DNA of 62,865 bases, filler included, from Bigelowiella natans CCMP2755 (GCA_000320545.1; 6 parts of 6 records of this genome joined end to end with filler, not necessarily neighbours in it), one strand, 5' to 3'. Shown: positions 10,945 to 24,991, numbered from the whole stretch's first letter. Numbers and translations are program-made. Notes: generated from the letters alone by a model not told the origin.

Positions 10945-11317
10945 CAACAGCACGGAAAGGAGGAGGGAGCAAGAACGGGGGAGGGGGGGTAGGAAGAGCA
11001 AGTACGGGGAAAAAGTGAAGAAGTAATTAAATAACGTATTATCTGATATTCTTCCTCCTCCACTTCATAAAATACGAATATGGACATATGCAAACACACA
11101 CGCACACATGGATATCTGGGTAGTTTCCCTAGTCCTTGACTGCCCCCCCCCTCTCCCCCCCTCCTCCTCCCCCGTCGTCACCTTTCTCCTTCTCTGTACA
11201 TAGTCGTGCTCGAAGTCGTCGATATTTCTGGACATATGATTGTGGTGATGATGATTGTGATGATGATGATGATGATGCAGTAACTGAAAACGCACTACAG
11301 CATGCACATGTAAGTAC

Positions 11318-11348
<31 letters not shown>

Positions 11349-11955
11349 GGTGTGTGGTGATGTCGACGACGATGGTGATGATGAAGTTGCTGCCCTCTAG
11401 TGTTGCAATCGTGCGAGAATGAGGGACCTGGTGCTGCTGATGGCAGCGGAGGAGGGGCTGTAGAAGTATCTGCTTTCTCATCAGCACCCGTTGTTGTTGT
11501 ATATCCTCCTTGGTTTACAAGGCGGGGAGGCAAACTCTCTGCAGGATGAGGAGGAGGAGGAGGAGGAGGAGGAGGAGGAGTCAGAGGAGGAGTCAGAGTC
11601 AGAGAAGATATGCAGAGAAGATATGGCAATACAAACAAGGACCAGAGCAGCAGCAGGAGGAGGAGGAGAAAGGCGATTGAGGAGAAGGTGGGTGGGGGGT
11701 AATGGAACGTGTGGCTCTACGCACGGAATGAGTATATCATCATCATCATCATCATCATCATCATCGTCGTCTCACACAAGCCAGAAATCACCTACCCATT
11801 CTCTCGATTGATCGTGGTTTGCTCCTTGGACTGCCACCACCGCCACCACCATCAGTACTCTTACCATCCTGATGATGATTTGGAAGAGACTGGCCAAGTG
11901 CGTAATGATGGGAACCGACATTCTCTTTTCCATGGCGGCCGTCACCTCCTGCTAG
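8751..11955 (-). CDS. Multi-exon hypothetical protein with ubiquitin-like (possibly tandem) domain; 5' end uncertain or truncated by contig end
   Basis: GT-AG-bounded exons read DEDTKQLFNPLQLTLDESIK / DEDDSIIGVLDLGPRM / PEPIDIIVDVKANCSSRLT / LSVEPSTPLRNVCQKICNKLGCQWFK, which resembles a beta-grasp fold. Further exons continue to a stop near 8751. Confidence 0.45.
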
Positions 11956-12171
11956 GAAGGGGTGGGGGGGGAAGGGGAGAGAGAGCGTCACTCGCACACA
12001 AGTAAAGACATGTACGGTCACATAGGCATACGAAGAAGAACGGAAAGAATCAGCAAGAGAAAAAAAGCGATTGTGCAGTGGGACATAGATCATTCGATGG
12101 AGAGACAGAGAGAGAGAGAAAGAGAGAGAGGGGGGGGGGGGGGGTAGGGGTACGTTCGTCGAGCGGCGACA

Positions 12172-12271
12172 NNNNNNNNNNNNNNNNNNNNNNNNNNNNN
12201 NNNNNNNNNNNNNNNTTAATTAATTAANNNNNNNNNNNNNNNNNNNNNNNNNNNNNNNNNNNNNNNNNNNN
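12172..12271. other. Artificial contig spacer (N44-TTAATTAATTAA-N44)
   Basis: An identical 100-nt spacer with stops in all frames occurs five times. Confidence 0.98.
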
Positions 12272-12617
12272 CGTAGTCTTCCAACAATTAGACTTTCCCC
12301 TCCCTACACGTCTCTTAAACCAATTTTATTTACACGGCCTTACGAAAAAAGACTGGGGCCACATGAAGTAATTATATACATCGCCTATTTTTTCCCCCCC
12401 CCCCCCCCCCCACCCCCTCCCTCCTCATTGCCCTCCTCCTTTTCCTGCTGCTAGCTGATAGTGTTATTGCCGTTGTATTCGTGGCTGGAGTATTTTGTAT
12501 TGGTTCTTCTTTTTTTCAGTGAAATTTGTTCGGGAAATATGCTGAGTTGACGTTGAAGACGTTCTCACTCTCCACCTCCCCCCCCCCTCTGCTATATATT
12601 CAATTTCTGCTATACAG

Positions 12618-13392
12618 GTTGCGAAGAGCCTCCGTTTGAGCACTTATGTGATCTCACAGGTCGGTGGAAGTGCTGTTGGCCGACTTCACAAGCACATTGC
12701 GAGGATAGATCGTAGAGGCAGGGGGGGGGGGAGGCTTAATAGTATGATTATTATTGATTTTTTTATGATTATCATGAATCATTGTTGTTATCACTTTCCA
12801 TGCAATTCTGCCTGTTTGTTCTTGCTCTCTTCTCACCCATCGATTGTGCTCTCCTCCACCTGCTGAACAACAGATCACGTCTTCTGTCACCGTGAAGCCT
12901 AGGAACGTCGAAATCGGTATATGGCGCGGAAGAAGCTCACACTAGCACACACACACACACACACATACACATATTCAAGCACACAAATACATGCCCGCGC
13001 GCGCTCGAAAATGCTACTCTCTCAAGCGAAATCTCCGCCGCACTCAGGCCTGCAGTTGAAGTCGACCAAGTTCCGAAAGATGGTCCCCGGGTACACGAGG
13101 ATAAACCCAGCCACAGGTAGTGTGCAAGGCGTAGTAGAGCGTGTCGCTGCGCGTAGCTGGGGCGTTGATACGATGGGTTTTTCTACCACGCAGGCCGCTG
13201 GGAGTACTCGCTGCATGCGATTCGGCTTATCTTCGACTACAAGCAGACGTACTGTCTGATACTGTCGTTGCACCCACTTGCATTTCCTATTCATTGGAGT
13301 GCTATTTGTTACTGTGAGCGCGTGTGTGCGCGCGCGCGCGCGAGCGTTCACTCCACTACTAAGCCAGTAACGAGAAAACTTAGGTTGTTAAA

Positions 13393-13426
<34 letters not shown>

Positions 13427-13735
13427 ACAGGTTCCCTCGGGTGTTCTTGGCTCTTCACCAAAAACGACAGGTAGGAAGGCAGCAGGCGCCGCAGCGCACA
13501 AACGACAGCACAAGGAGAGATGCCCGGCTCGAGCCGCCGCAGTCCCCCTGTCCTCTTCCACCGCGCGCACAAACATTATGGGATCATCGCATTTCATCGT
13601 GTTTTGCGTCGTTGTTGTCGTCGTCGTCGTTGTCGTCGTTGTATAGGGGAGCCGCTTTCTGGACGCCTCGGACCTGGTGCCGCGGAAGGATAATGAGGGG
13701 TTGTTGTGGCTTTTTTTGTTGTAGTTGGTTGCCGC

Positions 13736-13770
<35 letters not shown>

Positions 13771-14238
13771 CTCAAGCGCTACTGAGTCGATGGAAAAACG
13801 GAAAAAACGACGAAACGATTGATCTTCCTTATAGCATCAGTGCGCTCACCAATTATGCACGTTTGCGTGCGTGTGGTGTCCAAGGCATTTGCCGACGAAT
13901 CCCCCTCATCTCCGCCTCCTCCCTCTTCTCTACTCCACCCCCCCCCCCCCCCCTACGCTACCCTTTCTCACGAAAACGACAAAACCGACGACAATATCAA
14001 CTACTGTAGGTATCAGATGGTGGGGGGAGACAAGAAGCAAACGGTAAAACAAACAAACTTTAGTAGTCGTAAGCAATGCTAATGACGGCTGCGGCACTTG
14101 CAATAAATATGGGGTTGTTGTTGTTGTTGTTGTTTGTTGTTGTTGTTGCTAGAGAGTGACTTGTGTAACTGTACTAGAATCATCGATGCATACTGCCGGC
14201 AAATGATGGCCATTTTATGTCATAGTGCGGCAAACGTC

Positions 14239-14319
<81 letters not shown>

Positions 14320-14388
14320 ATTCTAATTCTCTATCTCATGATTTCTCTTCTTGATTTGGCATGCACCACCCACTGACGACAACCAAAG

Positions 14389-14448
<60 letters not shown>

Positions 14449-14826
14449 TATAGGATGGAGCACTGGCCAGCATCCAGTACGAGTGAAATGGAAAACAATA
14501 AAACGAAGAATCGAGACTTCTGTAAATAGAGGGGAGGGTTTCGGAGAATAAATCCAGATTTTTCAAAACTATTTTTCAACGGTTTCCCCCCCGACGCCAT
14601 AAGCACGGTGTTCGTTGGTAGACCATTCTTTTACGTTGCCATCCTTCCTGGCACTCAGCCAGCAATCCAAGTTAAATAACCTGCGATGTTCTCCTCCTCC
14701 TCTTCCTCCTCCTCTTCCTACCCTGAAAAACAGGGCGTGGATCAAGCAGACGCCAGCAAACCAGCTTCTCGCCTTTCCGACAACATCGAGGGTCATTAGA
14801 CATGATGATGACGACGACGACGACGA

Positions 14827-14857
<31 letters not shown>

Positions 14858-16217
14858 TCCATGACGATAAAGAAGACTAAGATCAATCTTGTAACAGTGT
14901 ATATATACTATGCTGAGCTACCTAGCGAGGGAGAAGAGGTCGTCGTGCCGACGTGAACAACACTAATAAACGGCTACAATCCGTCACCTGCTCTCAAACC
15001 TCTCCAGGTGTACGCACGGCCTACCATCAGCGCAATCCGGAAGGGGGTGGCGAGCTACTACGGCGACAAAGACGTGAAGTATCCCAGCGCCGAAGTCATC
15101 ACCAAGCGCATCACTGTCAACGCGGTAGCAGCATGAGGGAAAGGCCGAAGGGAGGGGGGGGGGGGGGGGGGGTAGAGAACAACGCGCGTGATGTAGCACC
15201 TAGAAATGTAACTGCCTATACCCATAAAGCACCCTCAAACAATTCATTTGCTCCGCGAATCTAACCAAGCCCTTGTTCATTGATCTAAGCGCTAGAACTT
15301 GCAATATTCTGTTACCTTTCGTCCGCACATTTCGTTCTTCCGCTCTCATTCTTCTTATGATCCGTCAAGGCGCCATCACCCTCGTCGTCATCATCATCCG
15401 TGTATGAGACTTTGTATCGGTTGAACCCAAGCACGCCGTGGACCCCAACTCCAAAGTATTCATTGTCAACCTAGCTTCCTCCCTCCCCCCTCCTCCCCCT
15501 CCACCCCCTTCCTCCCATCGTTTTCTATGAGATGTGATTCTCTTGCACAGTGAGAGAAGCAGCAACTGTTTCTGTTAGCTTCAATTCGAATTTGCCGGCT
15601 ATTTGCGAACATTTTCTTGTTTGTGGGATGAGTGTTGTTCCTGATCTCTCTTTCTCTCTCCCTCCCTCTCTTTCTCCTCCTTCTCCTCTTTCTCCCCCCC
15701 TTACTATTTTGGCGCTAGATTTGAGCTCGGAGACCGCGTGTGCTGTCTACGGGAGGATACAGGGGTAGGAAAAGAGTGATGACGATAATGATGATGATGA
15801 TGATGATGATGATGCATATTGGGTTTACGACTGATTTGGCCGTCTCCGTGACGAACGTAAGAAGGGGGTGGGTTCTGGGGAGGGCAGAAAGATTCTTCGT
15901 TGGATGCGCGTGTGCCTATCTCTGTGTATGAGCGGCAGAGAATATTGTCATCATCGTCGTCATCATCATCAGCCTGCTCACTGTATTCGCACACGTGGCT
16001 TGGTGGTGTCAATATTCAGGTCCCGATTGGGATTCGAGGGACCATTGTCGGGCTACATTTGGACGTGCAGGTGGTGGTGGTGGTGGTGGTGGTGATGATG
16101 ACCGCTATGAAACATGCATGATACTACGGTGATGGCGGTGATTGACGATGAAAGCAAGCGAATGCTTGTGTGAATGTGTGTGTGTGTGTGCGTGTGTGTA
16201 TGCGAACGCCCAAAACG

Positions 16218-16259
<42 letters not shown>

Positions 16260-16377
16260 CACACACACAACAGGAAACTGGCCTACAATGCGACGTGCTC
16301 TTTGACGATAAGATCATATCTGGCACTAATCTCAACGGGATGTGCGAGCAAGGTGCGTTGTTCGTTGTGCGTGAGTC

Positions 16378-16437
<60 letters not shown>

Positions 16438-16622
16438 GCGAATAGGCTGATAGTCATCAATGATTTTTCTTTCTACATGCTTGTAAAGGGTGTTCTATAG
16501 AATGAGTATTGCCACGGTATATATGATGATGAGCAGGATATGGAAAGACCCTTTCTGCTACTGCGCTACTGAACCTCAACAACATGAAGCAATTCGAAAC
16601 GGTACTGTGCAGCGGAGAGAGC

Positions 16623-16664
<42 letters not shown>

Positions 16665-18162
16665 AGGGGGGGAGGAGGGGGGTGATAGCGGCAAGCTTCA
16701 GTAGTCAGGGAAGGGACAATATATTCGTGTTTGTCATTATTTGCCATCATCGATTCTGTCATCAACCACAATCAGGTGAGGCGGGTAGAGCGGCAGCAAA
16801 AGGACATGAAGCAGGCCCATGGTAATAATAAACACAAGAGCGGAACGGAGGAGTGAACGAATGAATGCCCGCAGAGAGCGTTTCAAAAGCAGAGACGATT
16901 CGCGGGGCGCGAATTCTCGTGCTGCTTTTTGTGTCGCTCTGCTTTGCTTTGTGTTTTTGTGAGCATTTTCCCTCTAATCCACGGGTCTGAAACCACACAG
17001 TTGATTATGCTCCCTTGCCTAACCAACCCGCAATTGGCCGTGTGACCTGAATGCTGCTGCTGTGATTTAGCTGCTGCCCGCGCCACGTATAGCTGGAAGA
17101 CAGCAGTTCCCACCTCTGCTCGTAAGTATTTTATATCCTGAAACTTGCCATATTCTACTACTAAGTCACGACTCCTCTCCATGCCCCCCCCCCATCTCTC
17201 CCAGGCGACAGGAAGGCCAATGGCAGTGCTGCTGCGAGCAAAGGGGCGGCATCCGCTAAGAAAGATAAGCAGCGGGTGCCTTCACCCAAAAGTACGTGAT
17301 TTTGCGTTGATGGAGAGATGAGCGAGCGCACTTGTCGCCATGTAGTATACCTGAACAACACTGCATTGATCATTGGACAGAAGGGACGCTTATGCCTTCG
17401 GCGACTAACGACGAGCAGACTCCCGGGTTGGTTGCCGAAAAGAGACCATCATCAACTTTCAAAAAATTGACAAATTCAAATCACGAAAAATACCGAATTC
17501 ATACCGGGAAAAACACAGAGGATTTTCACACCGGCCTTTGCGGTCATCGCCAACCTTTCCCCTGACTCCGCATGCATGCTGGCAGAGAGCACAAACACGT
17601 GTTGTGAGTCGTCGCATCGTCGACATAACGGTGACGGTTGCTCTGTTGATGCATGGATCAGGCTTATTGGGAAAGCCAAGAAGGTGCCTCGCTGTGCAAG
17701 GTATAGCTTGAACCCCGTAGTAGTGTGGTAAATTGTTGGCAGCACGGTGGTAGTGGGAGTAGTAGGAATTAGTGGAAGAGGAGGAGGAGGAGGAGGAGGA
17801 GGAGGAGGAGGAGGAAGAAGAAGAAGAAGAAGAAGAAGAAGAAGAAGCCCTTTCCTCAAAGCTTATGGTATCGGTGTGCGGTTGTGTATGTATGATGGAA
17901 CGTATGGCAAGGTGCGCCTGTTAGCAGCAGTTGTAATGGGCGACGATGATAATGATGATAATGATGGTGATGAAGATTATGGTCTATCATTGAAACAATA
18001 CAACAGCTGCACACGCCCACTCCCCCGGAAGGACTGGGGCAACGTAGGTAGGAAATAATAGCTCCATTAAGACAAACATCGGCGATAAGGGAAGAGAGAA
18101 GCCGTTAGAGAGGGGGGGGGGGGGAGGGGGACAGCTTTAGAATCCGTCAAAACAGAATATTG

Positions 18163-18205
<43 letters not shown>

Positions 18206-20035
18206 TTATGGAGGTCTGACCTTTGTGACTAAATGCCACCAGCTGCCAAGCTTGTTGGTTTTCCCAATTCCTTCTGCGAATTTAAATCCTCTTCCTATCT
18301 TCTCTTCCTCCACCTACAACAACAACTACTATTACTACTACTTTTAACTACTACTACTACTACCACAGGTAAGTTCCTCCTCTGTGCTGGGTGCAGTAGC
18401 GGTGATGCAAAGGCCAATCGTGGTGGCGCCAAGGACGACGACAAGGGCTCCGCGGCACAGCCTGTCACCAAGGAATCGGCGGCTATCCGAAAGCTTCGGC
18501 GCAAGCAAGAAAAACAACGCGCAGCAGCGGGGCTGAAGGAAAAGTCTCCTGCGACTACGGACAAGCAAGGTGCAGCTGACACCGCAGCAGCAGCAGCGAA
18601 ACCGAAGGCGAAGCGCAACCAGAACGTTCTCTCGGCTTTGTTTGCGGAGGCGCGCGCCGCAGCCGTCGCTGGGGAGGAGAAAGGAGGGGGCGGTGTGGGG
18701 AGAGCCGCAGCAGGTGCTGGCAATAGCGACCAGGAGAACAAGGTGGCCACACAGGGGGGGGCTCGAAGAGAGAACGACGTTACGTCAGCCTATACCAAGG
18801 TAGTACAATGCGTGCACTTCCTACCCGCCCCCCCTTGTACCATAAAAACACAAAAAGATAAACATCGCTACCAGGAGTAAAGTTCATCATGCCCTAAATT
18901 TTCCAGCGCCTTCTTTCCCCCCCCCCATCTTTCCTTTATACCCCCCTCTCTCCACGGACTGGTGATTTGAACGATGGTCCATCCCTCCCCCTCCTTGCTC
19001 AGGGTGCGAAGGTGTGCTTGGTGGGGTTTGGGAAGAAGAAGGCTTCATACAACGGCAGAATCGGCAAGATCGTGGAGTACAAATCGGACATCTCGCGCTA
19101 CGTCGTCGCCCTCGGGCCCGATGAGGTGGTGGCCCTTAAAGCTAAGCATATGTCGCCGGTTCAGCAGCAGAAGCAGCAGGACGTGGAGGAGCAGAGAGCG
19201 GGAGGTGGTGAAAAGGGGTCGTCTTCCTCGACTACCATGAAACAGCTCTTCGCTGCCGCCGCGGCTGCGGAGTCAGCCCCAAGGCCGCAGAGCGCTAATC
19301 CGAGCAACGACAACAACAACAACCAGAAGAAGAACCGGAATAACAACGACGCCGTCAGTAATGAAAGGGCCGCTGCGCGACCAAGTTTGCCAACCCCAGA
19401 CTCTAGGGCAGCAGCTGCTGCTGCTGGTGCGATGAGGGCGCCTCAACCATCAGTACCACCACAGGCAATGGTGATGCCTCCGATGCCGCGCAATGCTGTG
19501 ATGATGGCGCCACCACCACCCGCTATGTTTTACCCGAGTGCGGCTGGAATACCCTTCCCGCATCCTCTGCCCCCCCCCCCCCCCAACAACCCTCAGCAGA
19601 TGCATCTGATGATGATGATGATGAGAAACCAGCAGGTAATGCCGCCTCAGGGAGGAGTTGGTGTTGCTGCCGGTGGCGATCCAGCTGCTGGTGGTAGTGC
19701 ACACCCCCCTACTGCAGTAGCAGCAGGAAACGGTCAGCAGCCTTCGAGCAGTCTACAAAAGGTATGTTGGTGTGCGGAGGCGTGCCGCCGAAGCTTGCTT
19801 GCTTGCTTGCTTGCTTGCGGGGGGCCGAAAGATGCTGATGATGCACATGCGTCGCGTTCGTGCTCCCGTCACTCCTGTGCCTTCTTATTCGTGTGCTTTG
19901 TCGTATTTGTCTTTCAATAGCAGGCCAATAAGTACTCGGCGTATTTGCAGTACTCACGCCCCTCAGGTTGCGTGTGCGCACATGTGTGTATTACAACGGG
20001 CATGTGGAAACACCCATCTCTTCTCTCCCTCCCTT

Positions 20036-20087
<52 letters not shown>

Positions 20088-20291
20088 ACGCAAGCTCCTA
20101 CTCCCCCGTTCCTGCCCTCTCTGTATCCACTTCATCCTGGCATGCTCTGATGCTGTTCGGTGCGCTGCGTGTGCTTGGTATCGTGATTCTGTTGCTAAAT
20201 GTGCAATGATTAACTCGCCCTCCGTTGTGATCGCTTGTTGTATGAAGGCTCGCGTGTATCCAGGGGGGGGCCAAGTGGACGCGAGAGGTGC

Positions 20292-20337
<46 letters not shown>

Positions 20338-21205
20338 TTCTTTATCGTTTGTGAATGCGCCCCTCTATGTATATGTCTGGTTCGTGTGCTAAAAATGGCT
20401 GCCTCTCCCTACCTACTGCTCCTTCAATCACTACTACAGAGGATCAGTTCCCAAAAGCGTTGTAAATGCTCCCTTCCTGGATGAGAAAGAGCAGGTCATG
20501 GGGCGTGCAAGTTCTTCCGGCATACGAAGCCGAAGAGGCCGATGATGTTCAAATATTCATTCGTTCTCATAGATAAAAGATAATGTGTCTTTGTGTGTGT
20601 GTGTGTGCGCGCGCGCGCGCGCGCGTGTAAAAACAAAGCCGCTCCTCATGTTGTGCGCAGCAAATCAATTGAAATGCACACCACCACTCCACTTTTTCTA
20701 GGTTGATTTTGAGGCTGCTATCGGAACCCTGTTCATGGAGGCTGCGAAAGGAGCAGAGGGAGAGGTAGTGTCATCTCGTCATATAGGAGACGTAGTAGAT
20801 GTGTGTAGATGGGCGACAGAAAGCTCTGCTACTCCCCTCCTCGTAGATACTCTGACATTGATTTTTATCATGAACGTTTTGCGTGGAAGCAGGATGACAT
20901 CGATCCCGACGAAATCGAGCATGACGAGGATGGTTACGGTAGTATGTGCAAATACTGCTATTGTTATAATTGTCAACGATATCATCGCCTCTCTGAACAA
21001 TATGCAATTTCCTGGTTTCGTCATCACATGGTCAAAATTATCATAACCCTCGTCCTACTCAGACGAGCAGCAAGAAGGCGACGGTGAAGACGAAGATGAG
21101 GAGGTAGACGCCGACGATTTCTACGAGATCCCACTCGTAACAAAAGACGGGAAGCCGATGAGTAAGCTGCAATCTATCAGAGCTCAGCTCAAGCAATTTC
21201 GTTGA
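12618..21205 (+). CDS. XRN1: 5'-3' exoribonuclease 1, C-terminal part (winged-helix/D2-D3 and SH3-like domains plus long tail); 5' truncated by contig start
   Basis: Spliced exons give VAKSLRLSTYVISQ-ITSSVTV..IGLQLKSTKFRKMVPGYTR..WEYSLHAIRLIFDYKQ-FP and FELGDRVCCLREDTG-VPIGIRGTIVGL..CDVLFDDKIISGTNLNGMCE-GYGKTLSATALLNL, typical XRN1 motifs. Continuity of the tail exons to TGA 21203-21205 is less certain. Confidence 0.85.
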
Positions 21206-21739
21206 TGATAGACATATCAAGAGAAGAGTTCTAGCTTGTATTCTACATTATTCAGAGTTAGGGCAAATGGTGAATCCCTCATACATTCTCCACTCGCTGC
21301 ATGTCTCATGTCTTGCATCCACAGCATGGACATGGTGTGACATATCGTACAATAAATGCATTCATCTGGCCGCGCTGCTGACTCATACGCACGAGCTGGG
21401 CCGCTTGCTAGGATCCATTATATCCATGCAACGTAGCAACGGAATGTGCTATCTAGCTATGCTTGCTCTGTGAGAATTTTTGCAATTTAACCTTCGCTCT
21501 TGCTAGCTTGCACAGATGCCTCGCTAGCTCGACATGTTGCTGCCTAATAACGTGCATTGGCATGCGCATGTGCTAGCTAGATGGTCAAAAATGTTTTTAC
21601 TTTTTTACAATGCAACTTTTGAACGCGTGGCCGGAATGTCATGTTTCACACATGCCAAAAAATGCAACGTGATTGGCGGTGTAGTCATTCTGATCGAGAG
21701 AAAGGATGAACAGTGCATGCACTTTGAATCACAGAGGTT

Positions 21740-23423
21740 CTAACTTGCGTGGTGGCGGGGGAAAAGCCTTAAGGACGACGCGCAGACTGACAGACTTATC
21801 ACAATCAACCATCATGCCGTGATCCTCCTTCTCGAGAATTTGCTTGGAGACCACGTTCGACTTGAACAACTACAAAATCAAGCATGGGCTGTCAGGAGGA
21901 CTGTGGACACTGGAAATAGTGTGTGCTCCACGCATTTTGTCCATTGTTAGGAAGAAAATTATGAGGAGAATGAAAATATGTAACAACTATAAAATACGAT
22001 CGAGATTTGATAGAAAGGGGATTTATGTGCAACCCCTCTCGTCAGGCGCTCGGGAACATCTTTCTTTCTGTTCTTCACACTATAAGCGCAGTGTCTATCC
22101 GTTGGAGCATGAATCTTGACGTTAGCAGGAATCTTTCGCGGGTTGAAATTTGGCTCATACCACTCGGGGTAGAAGGTAAACTGGATTAAAACAATGATTG
22201 ATAGTTAAACTCACAAAATTGCCACTTTAAACAAACGAAACCGAGGATTTCATGGTCAAAACTGAACACAACCTTGAGAACGTTCTCCGCGCTGTCTTCG
22301 ATATCATTCCTCGCGCGTTTTGGGGATTTCTGCTTGCATGTGTTGGGTTGAATCAATAACAAATTTGATGGAAAGAATGAATTGAGTTTCATGCTTTTTT
22401 CTGCTTAGATTTTTTGCAATCCGCCCTGTCACATGTAAATTAAGCTTTTGGATTTGTGCTTCGATCACTACCTTGCTAGCATTGCTCTCATGCGAGTACT
22501 CATGCTTAACCAGATCTTGGAAAGCAAATTTTCGCTTGTCGCTAACAGGGTGTCGCACGTTGATCTTGTCCGAATTGGATATCCTCCACATGCCAATGTA
22601 CCTAAAATTAAAGTGAGTCGATGATCCACTTCTCAATGAGATTTGTGCATCTTTCTAATTTATGCGTGCGTGCGTGTGTGCTGTGTATTTAGTTAGATGA
22701 AACTGTAGTGCCACTATTGTGGCTCATCAAAAGTTTTGGATCTGGCATAAAGCTTCGCCGTGCTCATGTGCAAGACGTAACTTTGCCGCTCGAACGATAA
22801 CAGCCAAATACAAGCAATCTACATTAGATGGTAGGACTCGAAAATTCGCATTAATTCTGGAATAATCACGTACTTTCCTCCCATTTCAATTACGACATCA
22901 CACCATCGCTCCTTGTGTTCATTTCGAACTTCGATGAAGAAGTCAGTGTCGTTGGCTAGAGAGACAACGTGACGGCCGTAAGCATCTGAAAGTTAGTTAA
23001 CTTCGGTTTGCACGTGGTAATCTCCATTAATTATTTTCATAAATTCGCACCTTTCTCGCCCGAAACAGAAGGGTTTGGGCGACTTTGATTCATACCCTCA
23101 TCCCTTTTCACCAGGATCGCATATTGTTTGTCCTTGCCGCACTTGAACGCCTAGTGTTGGGGGGCATGTCCAACGTGCTCATCAGACATATCCAACATGT
23201 TCATCACCAGCTGCGAACTCTCTACCAACGCCTACTCCGAAGAAGGGACCTCCCCCACATCTTTTTTCATTCACCTTGTTTGTCATTTAGTCACGAGCGA
23301 GGATCTCGGGAAGACTTGAGTGGGTTGGTGATATTTATATTCGGCGAGCGAAGGTCTCTGCTCGGCAGATGGACGGTCCGACCGATATTTTATTTACTTT
23401 TCCGAATCTTTTTTGGCACGCAT
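21740..23423 (-). CDS. Uncharacterised conserved-domain protein (multi-exon); start uncertain
   Basis: Exons join to DAYGRHVVSLANDTDFFIEVRNEHKERWCDVVIEMGGK-YIGMWRISNSDKINVRHPVSDKRKFAF ... FTFYPE ... VDCDKSVSLRVVLKAFPRHHAS*. Confidence 0.6.
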
Positions 23424-24067
23424 TTCGCCCAGAAATTGGAGAAATCATCAGAAATCCTGGGAAATGTGGCACATAATCTTTCTATTGGTAAGTGTCGTAT
23501 TAATTCCACCCAGATCCAATTTACGAAGTACTTGTATGGGTCGGTATATTTTTAGTAACTAAAAATTAAAAATAGATCTCCCACTAGATCTAGATCTAGA
23601 TCTAGAATGTAAGAAGATCGCGGCTTCATTAATGGACAGAATCTGAAGTCTCATCAGCAAATTCTTGAACAAGAGGAAGCCCAAATTAAGGGGGAAATGA
23701 ATTGTCGCAATGTGGGAAAAAGAGTGGACTTTTCGTTTGGTGCTGATCTCCCTTCTTCGGAATTCTTTCGAATATTGAAGATTTCCTGATTTCCTGAGGG
23801 AAATGGTCTGCGTTTCCTTTGCGTAATGGCTGGGAGACGCTGACGTCTTAGGCGCTTTATGAGACAATTTGAGTACTTAAAATACGAAAATGGTGTAAAA
23901 TCGCCTCGATTTGACACTTTTACGATCCCTTCTTTTCTGGCCACAGAAACTTCGGAATCGTCGGCTCAACACAACCCCACTCATTATTCATCACTGGTGA
24001 CAAACGCCTTCAGCTCATCAGCGCCCCGGACTCGACCGGCGCCTTCCACCTTCTAGCTTTCCTTTGC

Positions 24068-24732
24068 ATGCTCTCAGCTCCTACACGGATCTTAATTACA
24101 AATCTCGTTCTGGTCCGAACTCTCTGCCATCGCGTATCCTCTTCCCATTCTTACAGTCCCTGTACTAGACCCGTGAGTGCCTTTCCCACTCTAATCTCTG
24201 CGACCGTTCTCTGGTGATAACTTGGGTGCTTTCCTTTGACCTGACAATACAGGTTACAAGCATGGCTTCCTCCCTATCTGATTATTACCGCGACCAGTCG
24301 AAAGACGCCAAAGTTAAGACTGCGAATGGTTACGACGCTGAGGGGTTTGACCCAGAGGCCGACACTGTCGGAGCGGTAAGTGAAAGCGAGTGAGAGGAAC
24401 TGTGCGGCATTGCTTTTCAGTAAGGAAGGGACTTTAAGCCTGAGTTCTCATTCTCCCTCCTCTTCCACCATTATCGTGCATTTTTCCAGGGAATATATGG
24501 AGGGATTGTAAAAAAGGACGAAAAAGGCGACATTATTTGGGGAAAACAGGTTTATTAATCAGTCGTTTGATCTTACACAGCTCCTGATATCCTTTATTTA
24601 TCTACGAACATTTGTACACAGTATCAAAATCATAATAAAGCTCTCGGACCTATATACGCGGGTACAGGATATACGGAAATGACGAAGGCTTTAAGAGTTG
24701 GGAAAGTGGCTATTGACCAAGTTTTAAAAAAG
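24068..24732 (+). CDS. Algal conserved protein of an ankyrin-repeat-associated family with transit-peptide-like N-terminus; 3' truncated
   Basis: Exons 24068-24172, 24253-24375, 24491-24549 and 24622-24732 (inner boundaries approximate) give GFDPEADTVGA-GIYGGIVKKDEKGDIIWGKQ-YQNHNKALGPIYAGTGYTEMTKAL. The family is recalled from algal proteins, and the ankyrin part is not in the contig. Confidence 0.65.
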
Positions 24733-24780
24733 GTGAATAAAGTACTGTGAGTAAAGATTTAGTTATTCACACACACACAC

Positions 24781-24833
<53 letters not shown>

Positions 24834-24907
24834 CTCAATATCTAATTACGTCATGGAACACACACGCGCGACACCCAATGCATGTATTAACACACACACA
24901 CACACAC

Positions 24908-24959
<52 letters not shown>

Positions 24960-24991
24960 ATATACATATGTTGTGTGTGTGTGTGTGTGTG

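Noticed and set aside
9342-12147. Many 60-170 aa ORFs with poly-S/E/H/P and IYIY/LSLS/CVCV runs (also throughout 13-20 kb and 29-51 kb)
   Set aside because: Stop-free microsatellite translations in introns or antisense to real exons.
12216-12227. TTAATTAATTAA palindrome repeated five times within N runs
   Set aside because: Artificial contig linker, not biology.
13022-13597. Minus-strand ORFs as a continuation of the ubiquitin-like gene
   Set aside because: Different contig, and the plus strand carries clear XRN1 exons.
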